From: Eledone cirrhosa
Taxonomy: Eukaryota
Direction of reading: 5' to 3'
Length of the DNA: 64,000 nt
NCBI GenBank assembly: GCA_964016885.1
Contig: OZ024741.1
Span: forward strand, 122,326,001 to 122,390,000
Shown: piece by piece, positions 26,890 to 41,087 of the stretch
Layout: each line of letters starts with the position of its first letter
Position numbering within the stretch: position 1 is the stretch's first letter
Made by a program: the position numbers and the translations under genes
The notes under the pieces: model-generated
Told to the model about the DNA's origin: nothing
Databases searched by the model: none
What the model saw: the letters and a program-made list of their open reading frames with translations, nothing else

Positions 26890-28762
26890 ATAATAATAAT
26901 AATAATAATGCTTTCTTTATTAACCACAAGGGTTTACACAAAGTAGACATTAAGGACAGTACAGGACAATACAGGACGGTACAAATGGGCATTTCTGCGT
27001 GTAAAAAAAAACAAAAAACAGAGGATGTAATAAAAGAACAATGAAAAATTCCCCAATAGGGGGGAGGCTTCCGAGAGCCATCGTGGAGAAAGCTTATTAA
27101 AAAAAAGCCACGGTGACCCTGACCACCAGGGCAAGTGTCCTCTCCCAGTTTTCCACCTTCAATTTACAGGCATATACTCGGGCCATTCTTGCCTCTCTCA
27201 CCCATCTTTCAACAAAATGCTGGGAAGAGAGCACTTCCCTCTCTACCCTGATTTTCCTTTTCAAATGAAATTTGAAAAAAGTTAATCAGGGCATCACCGA
27301 AGTGGTAAGTGCTCGTCTTCAGCCCTTTCAGACGCGTCCACCATACTATCTCTTTTGCCATGGCCACCAGACAGATAACAACTGCCTGCCCTTCCCGGCT
27401 AAAGGAAGAGGGCGGGGCAATCCTTACGATGGACTCAGTTGATACTCGGATCCGTTCTACACGCGACAGCAGGTGTTCGACATAAACCCACAAGTCAACT
27501 GGCTCGGACACTGGACGAGTGCATGCAGGACGGTTTCGTCGCCCTGCGCGCATCTCGGACATGCCCGGCTGACGGCACCTCCATGCCTGTAGAGTTTATC
27601 CCGAACTGGCAAAGCTCTTCGATAGCACTGCCAGGCCAGGGATTTCTGGAAGTTGTCCATAGGCCCCGGCCCGAAAGTTCTTCAGAAGAGATTGGCTAGT
27701 TGATTTTCGTCGACGCCTAGAGTTTCCCCAAGTACGTCGTCGCTCTTCCCCTCCAATAATCCTCTATAGAACGCCAAGGTGGAGTTTCCACCAATCACAT
27801 TGCCCGATTGGTCGAGGGCTGTGAGCGCCTGAAGACATTCCAGTCTCCAAGCGCTCCCTCTCGGTCTTCGCTTGACCCAGGACTGCAGCTCCGCCAAGGA
27901 GACGAGCTGGGGAAAGACACGTCTAGCAAACGGCGACCACACCTGATCACCGTCGAGAAAGTGGTGGAGATGTCGTAGTCTGCGAATCATCAGCCACGGC
28001 ACGCCCAGCCCTCCACGTTGACAGCAGAGGGACCGCCTGACCATCGGAGCGCGTCCCTTCCACAAAAGCGAAAGAGCAAACGCTCCAGCGCAGTCAGGCG
28101 AGGCTTAGGACAAGGCACGACGGTCAGGCGGTAGTAGACGACGGACGCGATGTACGCGTTAGCCACCTCAGCTCGACCTTTCAGGTATAGCTTCCTCTCC
28201 GCCCATTTCTCGTCACCTCATCCCAGTTTTTGTCCGTCTGGAGGTCCGGACCGAACCAGACCCCTAGCAATTTAACCGGTCCGTCCGTCCAACGCCCGTT
28301 GGACGTCATCGACCTGCCTCTCCAGGTGCCGAGCTGCAGGCCCACCAACTTTTCCTGGTTGATCATTGCTCCTGTCACCGCTTCGTATTCTCTTAGTGTA
28401 GTCCCGATCGCCTCGATGTGTTTGGCGTTCGACATCACTACGGTGACATCGTCCGCATATGCTGACACGGATCTTCCGCATCTTAGTTCGCGCGGGACCC
28501 CCCCCCCCCCCTCAACGTCTCCAGTTTGTGCAGTAATGGCTCGAGAGTCGTCAATACGTACAAGAGGGACGAGAGGGGACATACTTGGCGGACCGAGCGC
28601 ATGATGTTGAACAGTTCCGAAAGGTGACCGTTCACTCTCACTACAGAGCAGATGTCGCTGTGCATGGCAGCGATCCAGGCTCTGAAGACGGGCCTAAAGC
28701 TAGCCGCCCACAGGACTGCTGCCAGATATCGATGGCCGACCCTATCGAAAGCTTTCGACTGA
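26890..28762 (-). mobile_element. Tx1/L1-like LINE, 5'-truncated copy 1
   Basis: QSKAFDR, SAYADDVTV, CPRC..ETVLHALVQC C-terminus; AATAAA + (ATT)n 3' end. Confidence 0.9.
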
Positions 28763-28764
28763 TA

Positions 28765-28960
28765 GGCCAGTAATTTGGGGTGAGGGGAAAGTCGATTAAA
28801 TCGACCGCAGTACGTTACTGGTGCTTTATTTTATCGAGCCCGTAAGGATGAAAGGCAAAGTTAATCATTGCAGGATTTGAACTCAGACCATAAAGGACCG
28901 TAAATCTATGCTGCAAAGCATAGACTCCGACTCCCCACCGATACTGCCAATCCTCAGCCA
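28765..28960 (-). mobile_element. tRNA-derived SINE lacking its last about 25 nt
   Basis: Box A/box B/core present; joins the LINE 5' junction at ctggcc. Confidence 0.8.
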
Positions 28961-28973
28961 AATACTACTATTG

Positions 28974-28974
<1 letters not shown>

Positions 28975-29004
<30 letters not shown>

Positions 29005-32000
29005 TAATAATGATATCATTTATTGACCACAAGGGCCGACATATAGGGGACAATACAAAAGACTGGGACAGTGGGGTTTTACAGAAAAATCGAGTAAACA
29101 ATATGAATAACAATAACAAAGAAACAATAACAAAGTAATAATAAAGTAACAATAAAATTACAACAAGAAAACAATACCCCAATAGGGGGGATGACCACCT
29201 AGGGTTCGCTCAGGTACCCCACCAATCCTGAACGACCCGACGCTTCGAGAGCACCCTGGAGGGCACCCCCTCTCCTCCTCAAATTTACCTACCTACCTAC
29301 AGCCGCATGACCAGAGTAGGCCCACTCATACGGGCCATTCTCGCCACATTCACCCACCTTTCAGCAAATGTACTGGGGGGCAGCACTTCTCTCTCCACCC
29401 TCACCTTCCTTTCCAAGTGAAACTTGAAAAAGTTGATGAGGGATTGGCCGAAGCGAAAAGTGTCTGTCTTCAGTCCTTTCAACCTCGTCCACCATACAAC
29501 CTCTTTCGCTACTGCCACCAGACAGAGGAAAATTGCCTGCCCTTCCTGGCCAAAAGAAGGCGGCGGGTCGATCTTCACTATTGACTCGGCCGATAGCCGG
29601 ATCCGTTCTACACGGTACAACAGCTGTTCAACATAACTCCACAAGTCAGTAATGCACGGACACTGGGCGAGTGCGTGCAGAACGGTTTCGTCGCTCTGCG
29701 CGCATCTCGGGCAGGCCATCTGACAGCACTTCCGTGCCTGTAGAGTTTATCTCGAACCGGCAGTGCCCCCAGTAGCACTGCCAAGCGAGGGATTTTTGGA
29801 AATTATCCATCATCCCCGGCTCGAAAGTCCTCCAGTACAGACTGGTTAGTTCGACTTCGTTCTAATCCTCTATAGAACTCGAGAGTGGAAGTTCCACTGA
29901 CCGCATTGCTCGCCTGGTAGAGGGCAGTGAGTGCTTGGCAACATTCCAGATGCCAGTCACCCAGTCTCGGTCTCTTTTTCACCCAGGACTGCAGCTCAGT
30001 CAAAGAAACGAGCTGCGGAATGGCCCGTCTGACAAACGGCGACCACACCTGTTCACCGTTTAGGCAGAATATCTGGAGATGCCGCAGCCTCAGCGCGTGC
30101 CTGCGCATTATTAGCCACGACATGGCCAGCCCTCCACGTAGAGAGTGCTGGCAGCAGATGGACCGCCTCACCAGCGGAACCTGACCCCTCCACAAGAATT
30201 TGAAGAGGAGCCTCTCCAAGATGGCGAGGGGGCAAGAGACGACAGTCAGACGGTAGTAGATGACGGACGCGATGTACGCGTTCGCCACCTCCGCCCGACC
30301 TTTCAGTGATATCTTCATCCCAGCCCATTTCTGGGTGAGACTGGCTACCCTTCCCGTCACCTCGTCCGAATTATTATCCACATGGAGGTCTGGTCCGAAC
30401 CAAACCCCGAGCAACTTTACCGGTCCGTCCGTCCAGCGCCTAACGACGTTGTTGGACGGCATGGCCTTGCCTCTCCAGGTGCCGAGTTGCAAGCCCACCG
30501 ACTTTTCCGGGTGAAGTGTTGCTCCCGTCAACCTTTCATATTCCTTCAATAAGTTGCAGACCACCTCGATTTCTGAGGTGTCCGACACTATCACGGTATT
30601 GTCGTCCGCATAAGCCGACACAGCCTTTCCGCGTCCTGGTTCGAGCGGGATTCCCTGAAACAGCCCCAGCCTCCGCCCCAGCCTCCGCAGTAAAGGCTCG
30701 AGAGTCAATACGTACAGAAGGGAGGAGAGAGAGCACACTTGATGGACCGATCGGGAGACCTGAAACGGTTCCGAGAGGTGGCCATTAATTTTGACCATCG
30801 AGCAGGTGCCGCTGTGCATTGCAGCGATCCAGCTTCTGAAGACGGGGCTGAAGCCAGCCGCCTTGAGGACAGCCTCTCGGTACCAATGGTCGACCCTATC
30901 GAATGCTTTCGATTGATCTAAATTGATCAGAGCCCCACCGAAGTCAGGTTTACACCCTACCCTCTCTATGATGTATTGCATTAGGTGGAGGTTGTCGTGT
31001 ATGGACATGGTTGGGATTGCGCAAGTTTGCGCCTCCCCAACCAAATTCCCGACGACAAGCGCCAACTTCTTCGCTAACACCCTGGCCAAAATCTTAAACT
31101 CTGTGTTGAGCAGAGTTATGGGCCTGAAATTGTCTAATGTGTCCCTCTTATTCTCGTCTTTCCTTATCAACGTCACTACGCCCCGGCTCACAGAACTGGG
31201 AATACTCCCGTTTTGCTGCCAGTTGCAGTAGAGGGCTTCGAGGAGATTGGAGAACAAGTCTGGCATATTTACGTAAAGCTCGTAGGGCAGACCATACAAA
31301 CCGGGTGACTTGCGCCTCATGCAGCCGACAAGGGCATCCTGAATCTCGGCTGAAGTAATCGGCCTTTCGCAGCGCCCAGCGTCAGCCGTCGAAAGTTGTG
31401 GCAAGCCATCGAGGTAGGGACTGAAATCCGCCACCATATCTGAGCGGCCACTTTCCCCGAACAACCGAGCAAAATGTTGGCGAAAGGCCTCACACATCCG
31501 CTTGGAATCGCTCAGCTCGTGTCCGTCTCGGTCCATCAAAGACCGAATTGTGGTTTTATTACCACGCTGCGCCTCTGCCACGCGGGCCCATCGAACAGCA
31601 GCTTTGGTTCCCTCGTTTCTCAGAGCACGCGCCTTAGTCCTGACAATGCAACCTTCGTGTTTCGCATTGAAGAAATGGTCTAATGCCATTCTCGCCGCTA
31701 GCACATCAATTGCAATGCCAATACCAATATCCTCGTCTAACTTATCTACCAACTCCCCCTCCCTTCTATTTTTCTCTAACGCTACTTCTTGGCTAAACTC
31801 TATCGACATTACTCTAATCTCTCTTTTGAGAGCTCCCCACCATCTATTGTTGACGACTCCTCCTGTCAACTTTTTCTTAACTAAATTGTTGACCTGGTCC
31901 CTGTAAGCCTTACGTGCCGGAAATGACATGTTTAGCTTCCAGTAACCAGGTCCTAACCTACGCGTCTTATCTAGGTCGACCATACAGATCACAAACTTGT

Positions 32001-34880
32001 GATCTGAATAGGCGACCGTTTCAAAACGTGGACAGCTTACACTATTTCTGTCTATTGTCCTAATGAATATCCTGTCTATATACGATCTAGATGACCCTAT
32101 GCGTTTAGCCCAGGTCCACACTGGCGCATTAGGGAAATCTAATCGGTACCTGTCAGACAGTTGGAACTGGCTGATCAGGTTCTTGAGGCTTTTGCATCCC
32201 CCGCTCATATCGGATGCTCCCACACAGTCCCAGCGTGCGTCTAAGAAGCCGTTCCAGTCCTCCGCTAACAGTAAAGGGCGAGACGTACCCAGAAAGGCTT
32301 CCAGGCGTCTAAAGAAGTCCGGCCGTCCTGCCCCAGTAGGAGCATAGATGGCCACCAGTCTAAAGGCACCAACTTCGTTATTGTTCACGTCCAGGACCAC
32401 CAACTTCCCGTCCGGGTCTCGGAAGATCGACCTTACCTCGAGATCCAGGCCTTTCCTAAACAGCATTGCCACCCCGCCTCCCATTCCCAGCCGGCTAACA
32501 GATGCAAAGATCTATTAGTCGTCGAAAATGGGAGCTAGTGCGCGCGTGACGGAAATCCTGGTCTCGCTGACGGCAATTACATCCATTTCTATAGACCTGA
32601 GATCATTGAGCAGGTGACCCTGCTTCCAGGACGATCCCAGGCCTCGAACATTTAAACATCCTAGTCTTAATACGGCCATGTTGGCAGGTTAAAAAGAGAG
32701 AGAGGAAAGGTTTACTTACCTTCCGGGCTCTTGTGAAGGTCGGGTTGTTCGACCTCCATAGTTGGTGGGGTTTCTTTTGGGAACCCCTTTAAAAGTCTTG
32801 AAGTTGGTTTTACGTTCGGGGTTCCCACGCCCCGAGGAAAGCTGTCTCGTATTTCTTTGAATATATCGATCGACATTCGCACCAGAACCAAATCTTCCGG
32901 CACGCGAAATGTGCTCGATTTAAAAATGTCCCCCTCTTTTTGTATATTTTCACTTCATGCTACAAGAGCCATCAGTTCCTTGTTGGCCCTCCTGACGAGC
33001 ACGAAGTTTTGTATATTTTGTTGGTGTGATTTTATTTGTTTGCGTGGCTGTGGTGGTGATGGTTTTGGTGGTGTTGTTTCGGTTGTGTCTGTGTTTGTTG
33101 TGAGTGCGGTGTCTGTGGTTTCAGATGTTTGTGTGTATATTTGTTCTTGCGTCTGTTTAGGTTGTTTGCGTTTGTGGGATTCTGGTGATGGTGATGGTGA
33201 TGGTGGTGTTGATGTTGGTGTTATTGGAGAGATGTTTGCATGGGTGTTGTCTACGTTTTTTTTATTGTGGGTGATTTTGTGCTTTGTTGAGTTTTTTTTC
33301 TTTTTGTGTTTTCTTTTTTTGTATTTTGGGGGATTTTGGTTTCCCCTCATCTTCACTACTGGTAGATGAGGGGTCTGTGTCTGTAAGTGTGTCTGTATGT
33401 ATGTTTATGGTTTTATTGGTGTGTGTATTTTTGGGGGGAGGGGGAATTTGACAGCTTTCCTCGTTTCCCCCCTGGGTGCTCAATGTTGGTGGTGGTCTTT
33501 CTATTGGTGTTGTTGTTGGTGGTTTTGCCGGTGCTGGTGTTGGTTGTGGTCCTCTCCCCGGCGTCGGCAGCAGTGGAGCCTTTCGACCCCTTACCTCTTT
33601 CAGCAGTTGAGTGCAGAAGGCTCGCAAATGGGTTTTTTCCCCACAAACAAAACACTGCGGCCTTTTGCCTTCGGTCATAATGTGAATGAGCGTCCCATTC
33701 TGAAGGCGGATGTGGTCCGGGATTGTCTTCACATTCTCGGGCCTGATCTGGAGAAGGATCTCCAGGTCAACCCCGGACCAGTCCTCTCTGCCCGTTCTGG
33801 TCACTTCTATAGGGACGGTATCCATCCCCTCCACAATCACACATCCCAGAAGCCACCACATGTCAAGTCCTGGTGGGATTATGGGAATGCGGAGACTGGC
33901 CGTTCTTTTTCCCATGTGGGAGGGGTACATTATGATCTTGCTGGTTTTGCAAGGAGTCATAGCGAGGTTTCATAGCGAGGGCTTCTGATTTGAACAACAC
34001 CGAAATGGTGCCGTACTGTCTGCCCCTCTCTATGTATTCGGTGTCTTCTCTGATGCACCTCAGCGCGACGTCGACATCTTCTTGTGGGATTAAAGCTGCC
34101 CTTTTGGTTTGTGTTGAGATGCATCTATAATGCACCGTTCTGCTCTCCACTGCCTCAATAGCTTCTACCGGGACAGTTAAGTTGGCCCAGGTTTGCTCTT
34201 GCTTGATGAGCTTCCATGCCTGGGCCAACTTTTCATCTTTGTTTGAGAGGTCCATGTTGAAGCATGGCCTCATTTTTGCTGCTGCCGCAGCGAAAGTGTT
34301 CTTCTTGTTTTCGTTGGGGTGTTGTCGTTGTCGTTGTTCTTGTTGGTGTTGTTGTTATCACTGTCGCTGTTATCATTGTTGTCTTTGTTGCCACCGTTGT
34401 TCTCGGTGCAGTTGGTATTGTTGCTGTTGGTGTTGTCGCTATTTGTTTTCATGTTAGTGGTGTTGATATTGTTGTTGCATTTGTCATTTTTTTTGTTATC
34501 TGTATTTTCGTTGTCGCTGTTACTGTCATTTTTTTTCAAAATTAGAGTTCTCATTGGTATCATTGGTGTCTTTGTTTACATTGTTTGTGGTGGTGTTTGT
34601 GTTATCAATTTGTGTTAATTCGCTGTAGCGCTCCTCTCAACTTCTACGTCGTTGTGGCACGACAGCAGACATATCGCTGGGGGCGTGGCTCATCCATGAT
34701 TTTTTTCTCCGTAAATTTTTTAACATGTAAAAAAGTTCAAATATTTGGGCCAAAAAGCCCAAATATTATACTTTCCCCCTTCACAAAGCAAAGTCTAAGG
34801 GCTTATATCCCTTACACAACAAGAAATATTTAACAACAAATAATTTTAACAGGCAAATAAAGCGACTTACTGTGAGCGAG
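28975..34880 (-). mobile_element. near full-length Tx1/L1-like LINE (ORF1 + APE-RT ORF2), disrupted
   Basis: ORF1 pieces about 34560-32712 with CFVCGEKTHLRAFC zinc knuckle; ORF2 from MAVLRLGCLNVRGL (32679) through endonuclease SDH, KSPG..GLPYE, FRPITLLN, AYADD, CPRC..HALAQC to 29297; stops near 32515 and a frameshift near 29800. Confidence 0.92.
29803..32484 (-). pseudogene. ORF2 remnant (893 aa): apurinic endonuclease + reverse transcriptase
   Basis: Longest ORF in the window with canonical L1/Tx1 EN and RT motifs. Confidence 0.9.
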
Positions 34881-34901
34881 CAAAATACGTCCGCTTAGAC
34901 C

Positions 34902-36920
34902 AATAATAATAATAATAATAATAATAATGGTTTCATTTATTGGCCACAAGGGCCGACATATAGGGGACAATACAATAGACGGTGACAGTGGGGGTTTTAC
35001 ACAAAAATCGAGTAAAAAATAGGAAAACAATAACAATAAACAAGAAAAATACAACAAGAAAAATTCCCCAATAGGGGGGTTAACCACCCAGGGTTGATCC
35101 AGGGCAGCACTTCTCTCTCTACCCTCACCTTCCTTTCCAAGTGAAACTTGAAAAAGTTGATGAGGGATTGGCAGAAGAGAAAAGTATCTTCAGTCCTTTC
35201 AACCTCGTCCACCATACAACCTCTCTCGCTACTGCCACCAGACAGAAGAAAATTGCGACCCCTTCCTGGCCAAAAGAAGGCGGCGGGTCAATCTTCACTG
35301 TGGACTCGGCCGATAGCCGGATCCGTTCTACATGCGACAACAGCTGTTCGACATAACTTCACAAGTCAGCGCACGGACACTGGACAAGTGCGTGCAGAAC
35401 GGTTTCGTCGCACTGCGCACATTTCGGGCAGGTCCATCTGACAGCCCTTCCGCGCCTATAGAGTTTATCTCGAACCGGCTGTGCCCAGCGGTAGCACTGC
35501 CTAGCAAGGGATTTTTGGAAGTTATCCATCGTCCACGGCTCGAAATTACTCCGGAACAGACTGGTATGTTCGACTTCATCGACGCGCAGAGCCTCTCCGA
35601 GAGCGTTGTCACACTTGCCCACCACTAATCCTCTATAGAACTCTAGAGTAGGAGTTCCACTTACCGCATTTCCCGCCTGGCAGTGAGTGCTTGGAAACAT
35701 TCCAGTTGCCAGTAAGCTAGTCTCAGTCTAAGAGACGAGCTGCGGAAAAGCCCGTCTGACAAACACCGACCACATCTGTTCACCGTTTAGGCAGAATATC
35801 TGGAGATGCCACAGCCTCAGCTCATGTCTGCGCATCATTAGCCACGGCATGCCCCGTCCTCCGCGCAGAGGATACTGGCAGCAGATGTACCGCCTCACAA
35901 ACGGAACCTGTCCCCTCCACAAAAATTTGAAGAGGCTCCGTTCCAATTTGGCGTGGCACGGGCGGGGGCAAGGCACGACGGTCAAGTGGTAGTAGATGAT
36001 GGACGCGATGTACTCATAGCCTAGTTCTGGCTGAGACGGGCTACCCTGCCCGTCACCTCGTCCCAATTCTTATCCACCTGGAGGTCTGGCCCGAGCCAAA
36101 CTCCGAGCAACTTTACCGTCCGTTGAACGGCATGGACTTGCCTCTCCAGGTGCCGAGTTGGAAGCCCACCGACTTTTCCGGGTTAAGTTTCGCTCTCGTC
36201 AACCTTTCATATTCGTTTTTGACGCCTAAACGATGTTTGATTTTTTTTAAATTTTTTTCTTGTGTTTACGTTTGTTTGTTTTTCCTTTTCTCTTTGTGGT
36301 TGTCCCTGACCTTCGCTACGAGAAGACGAGGTCGCTGTCTGTTTCATATTTTTCGGTGTTTGTGTGGGTGTGTATGTGTGTACTTAATGTTTGAAGAGAG
36401 GAGAAGTAGTGGGAGAGCTTTCCTCATCTTCTTTGTGGTTGATTCTACCTTAGATGTTGGTGTTAGTGGTTTAGCTGCTGCTAATGCTGATTCTGATGTT
36501 GCTGTCGCGGTCTTTTGTCCCGGCACTGGTGTTTTTCAGTTGAGGACGGAAGTTATGCAGATGTTTCACTTCACCGAAGATGAAACAGTGTGGACTTCTG
36601 CCCTCGGTGACCATTGTATCCTGGACCCGCCCTGAAGGGGGGGGGTGAACATGGTCTGGGATATTTTAAAGTTTGTCAGGCCTGATTAGGAGAAGATCAT
36701 CCAAATTAACTCTGGACAAGTCTTCTCTTAGCGTTTTTCTTACGTGTAAGAGGGTACCACCAATACCCTCCTCGACAACGCATCCCAGGAGCCACCATAA
36801 GTTCAGTTCTGGCGGGATCCTGGAAATGTGGACCTTCATCGTTCTTCTGCCCATGTATGATAATGTGGTCCATTTTACAGGATATCGGTTTTGAACAGGG
36901 ATTTTGTCGAACTGGATATG
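34902..36920 (-). mobile_element. Tx1/L1-like LINE copy 3, internally deleted (ORF1 piece fused to ORF2 3' end near 36215)
   Basis: Homologous to copy 2 over about 35000-36215 (ORF2 end) and 36215-36900 (ORF1). Confidence 0.85.
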
Positions 36921-37186
36921 CTGAATGGATTGAATGGCAAAAAGTACGTATGAGGCATATAACAACACAAAAGTGGAGTAATATGACAAACGAAAATATA
37001 AAATTTGTTTTAAATAAATCTCAGAAATGTAAGTCACCTGACCATCAACACATAGTTTGACGGCAAAAACTCTATCAAAAATTATAGTTTCACCAATGGA
37101 GATGACAATCTGGACCCCAAAACGAAGAAACTGATGAACCTAAGAATTACAGACCAACCAAAACATGCCTGTCCACTACAAATAAG

Positions 37187-38310
37187 CTCTTCTTCTTCTT
37201 CTTCTTCTTCTTCTTCTTCTTCTTCTTCTTCTTCTTCTTCTTCTTCTTCTTCTTCTTTTTTTTTTTCTTCTTCTTCTTCTTCTTTTTCTTCTTCGACCAC
37301 TTAGAGGTCGTGGGGACAGAGTTGTCAAATACTCATTCCAGCAGGTCATGACAGAAGCAACCCTCTCCAACTGATTCGGCTGGATCCCCAAGCGAGACCA
37401 GCCATGTTCATAGATGTTATGCAACTAAATTGATCAGGGTCTACCCCTGGGTCTCTTGTCAGTTAGTTTTGCCCCTAAAATCTGTCCAACGATTTTTTCC
37501 TGAGATATTCTAAACACATATCCATAGTATCAGCGCTGTGATCTCTCTATTCGGAGAAGTAGCGGCTCTACCTGGAGTGACACTCTGATCTCCGAGCTAC
37601 GCATTCTATCAAGTAACGTTACTCCAAAGAACCTTCGGAGGGATCCCATTTCGGCCGAATTTATTTGTGTTCATATTCTTTCGGTCATTACCCACGATTC
37701 ATGTCGATAGGTAAGGGTTGGCACAAATATCGAATTGAAGATAGTGAGTTTTGTTTTACACCTACCTCCCATCTTCTGATTACCGAAAGTTGAAGCTGGC
37801 GCATAACTGCACCAGCTCCTGCAATTCTTGCACTTTAATTCAACCGCCTGTCTTCCATCACTTGTGAACACGGCCCCCAGATACTTGAACTCCTCCACGT
37901 GCTTCAATGGAACTCCCTTCACTTGTAGAGTGCAGTGCGCTGGCATCCACATTTTTAGACATGGGAGGACTTTGGAGTTAACCAGGAATCCGACCTTAGA
38001 TCAGCAAATAAAGTGTTATGGCAGAACATCCACCGACTTCGTAATAAGAAGCCCTCCTCAACACCTGCTATCAGGAACGCATCTGGGATCTTAAATAGAG
38101 GAGATATTCTTTGTCACGTGACCCGTGTGTGCCGGATAGTCTAGATCTCTGAAATGGCACCTAAGCAAGAGTAATATAGAGTGATAATCCCAATTTTCAA
38201 GAAGGCAGACAAGAGAGATTGTTCCAATTATAGAGGGATCTCCTTGTTAAGCCTCCTCAGGAAAGTCTATGTTAAGTGTCTGACAAAGAAATGCAGGGAG
38301 ATTGTCGGGC
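37187..38310 (-). mobile_element. RTE-clade LINE fragment with (GAA)n tail and inverted 5' segment
   Basis: Minus strand VEEFKYLGAVFTSDG...PTLTY; plus strand 37945-38310 PIFKKADKRDCSNYRGISLLSL. Confidence 0.75.
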
Positions 38311-38319
38311 CCATATAAA

Positions 38320-40420
38320 CTTTTAGCATCAATAATCAATAACTTTGCATACTCATTTCTGCAGGAAAAGAATATATTACCAATAGAGCAAAAAGGGTGC
38401 TAACGGGGATCATATGGTTGTAAGGATCAACTATTAATAAACAAAATGATACTGGAAAACTGCTCTACAAAGAAAAGAAGTCTCATCACAATCGTTAGTC
38501 AAAATTGTTTGTCCTCCATTCACAGATTCTTCTTGAAATTTACAAAATATCCCCCAAAATTATAAATAATTTGAAACAAAGTAAAGGTTCATAGAAAAAA
38601 ATAATCTTTTCTTGAAACACAACGAATGAACAACAAATTCAGAAGAAATCTCAATACAAAGAGGAATATTCCAGCGAGATTCATTATCCGCCTCCTCTTC
38701 TGTATAGCATTAACTTCTCTTTCTCGTGAAGTAAGGAATTCTACCTATGGCTACAAAATTAAGGAAAGCCTTTTCGAAGATGATAACAAATTAATTGGTC
38801 TGCTTAAGACAGTAAAATATTTTAGTGATGAATTAGGCATGGACTTTGGTTATGATAAGTGTGAGAACTGTCCTTGAAGAAAGGCAAGGTACCTGCAAGT
38901 TCCAACATAGACCTGGACATAAACACATAGTTAAGAGGACTTGATCAAGAGGACAGGACACCTAAAAATATCTTGGCATCTCTGAATGCGGGAATGCGGG
39001 GAGGGGGATAAATCAAACCTGAATGAAAGAAAAAGTAAGAAAGGTATATTATAGACGAGTGCGACCTATCTTAAACACAGAACTCATTTCAAAGAACAGA
39101 ATATCTGCGATAAACAGCTTAGCAGTACAACATGTTGTTCAATACAGCTTTAACATAGTTAAATTGACAGTACATATGAAAAGAATCGATGGTAAAACCC
39201 GTAAACTCTTCATATGTTATCGTATGCTCCACCTTAAAGCGAAAGTTGAGTGACTCTACTTGTCCAGATTTGAGGGAGGTAGCAATCTATTCCAATTGGA
39301 GCTGTCCTCCAAGACAACAATTGGCTAGCACCAATATCTCGGGGTAACCAATGATTGGATAATGCAGGCAGTAAAATATCATGAAGCCAGCAAATATATG
39401 CGCAAAATAAATCTATGCACATATGTGACACAAGAAACTCCTCTTCCACCAACAATGTCAGCAAAGTCTTTCTAAAACAAAAAACAAAGGCAGCAACTCT
39501 CGAGCAAAAGAAGGAAAATGGCAAAATACGCCACTACACGGCCAGTACTCCCTCGAATCAGGCAAGCTGATGTCTACAAAATCGAAACCCATCAATCATT
39601 GGCTGTGCAGTTCAGGATTAAAAGTCAAAAGGGAAGGTTTTATATTGGCTGCACAAGGATATGCATTTCCACAATTATGAGGCAAACATAATAATCCAAA
39701 GTGCATGTTCTGTGACAGAAACACTAAAACAGTGGATCACATAATATCTGCACGCGCTACTTTAGCGCCGTATGAATACAAATAAAACACAACTGTGTGG
39801 AGCAGTATATCCACTGGAAAATATGTAACAAAAAACTGGTATTAGCATCATCCAGACCCGGTAATTGGCATTGGTAATCTAACGATAGTGTGATATTACA
39901 ATACACACCGATAGGACACGCCAAGTGAACAGACCAGATATAATAAAAGATATAAACAACAAAATGTGCTTCATGATAGACATGTCAGTACCTGCTGAGT
40001 GAAATGTGCTTTTTAAGATATTTGAAAACATCTCAAAGTACAATGACCTTGAAATAGAGATTGAAAGAATGTCGGGTTTGAAGGACACCACTATTCCAGT
40101 TATAGTTGGAACACTGGGTTTGATAATCAAGGGAACTGACTTGGGTCACATGCTAGACAAACCGCGTATAAAAGAAATGAAAAAGAACGTACTTACTAGT
40201 ACTGCCCATATTTTGGGAAGAGCATTGACAATGTTGGGAATGCAAACCAGATTGTACCCATGGTCAACAGTGTGCACCTTATACATTACATATTCTGTAA
40301 CAAACAGTTTTCTATGGCGCTGGAAAATGTTTCTTAACAACCAATCACCCACCCCAGGCCCTTGGTTGGGGCCTGTTGGAATGTATATGAATATATAGAT
40401 ATCCAAGGGAAAAAAGTAAT
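38320..40420 (+). mobile_element. decayed R4/Dong-like restriction-endonuclease non-LTR retrotransposon
   Basis: EQKGC..GSYGCKDQLLIN, YYRRVRPILNTEL, CMFC...VDHIIS, NRPDII, KYNDLEIEIERM..PVIVGTLG. Confidence 0.8.
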
Positions 40421-40424
40421 AATT

Positions 40425-40572
40425 GTTTCTCATTTAGGTACAAGGCCAACAACTTTGGGGAAGGGAAAGTCGATTAAATCGACCCCGGTACGTTACTGGT
40501 GCTTATCTTATCGACTCCGTAAGGAAGAAAGGCAAAGCTAACCTCTGCGGAATCTCAACTAATGCCTCGCCA
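40425..40572 (-). mobile_element. partial tRNA-derived SINE
   Basis: Core and 3' end present. Confidence 0.7.
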
Positions 40573-40655
40573 ATAATAACAATAATAATTAACAATAATA
40601 ATTTCTTGAACAACATTGACAGTTTCACACATACTAAACATCACACAACACGACA

Positions 40656-40731
<76 letters not shown>

Positions 40732-41087
40732 ACCCCCCTAAAGCATACCAAACTATCCTATACAACATATCACACCCCCACCACACAACACCATACTACT
40801 CCACATACCACACTATACCACACATCCCCATACGTCACTCACAAGACGATACCACACTACACAACACACTACACTCACTCAACATTACTCCACACACAAC
40901 ACATAGAGGAACCACACCACACCATAACACACCATACCACACACCCTACCACATTACACCTCATCACACACAACGCCACGAAAACCATACCACACCATAC
41001 TCACACCACATCGCACTACACCACATCACACCACTGATCACAAAAACACACTCCGCAATGAAACATAAAAATATAGAATCCACTCAC

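Noticed and set aside
37140-37175. Alternative terminal exon for gene B (VDRHVLVGL*)
   Set aside because: Weaker acceptor; the 26722 exon has a better pyrimidine tract, a family-like ADSIAVFI end and a downstream AATAAA
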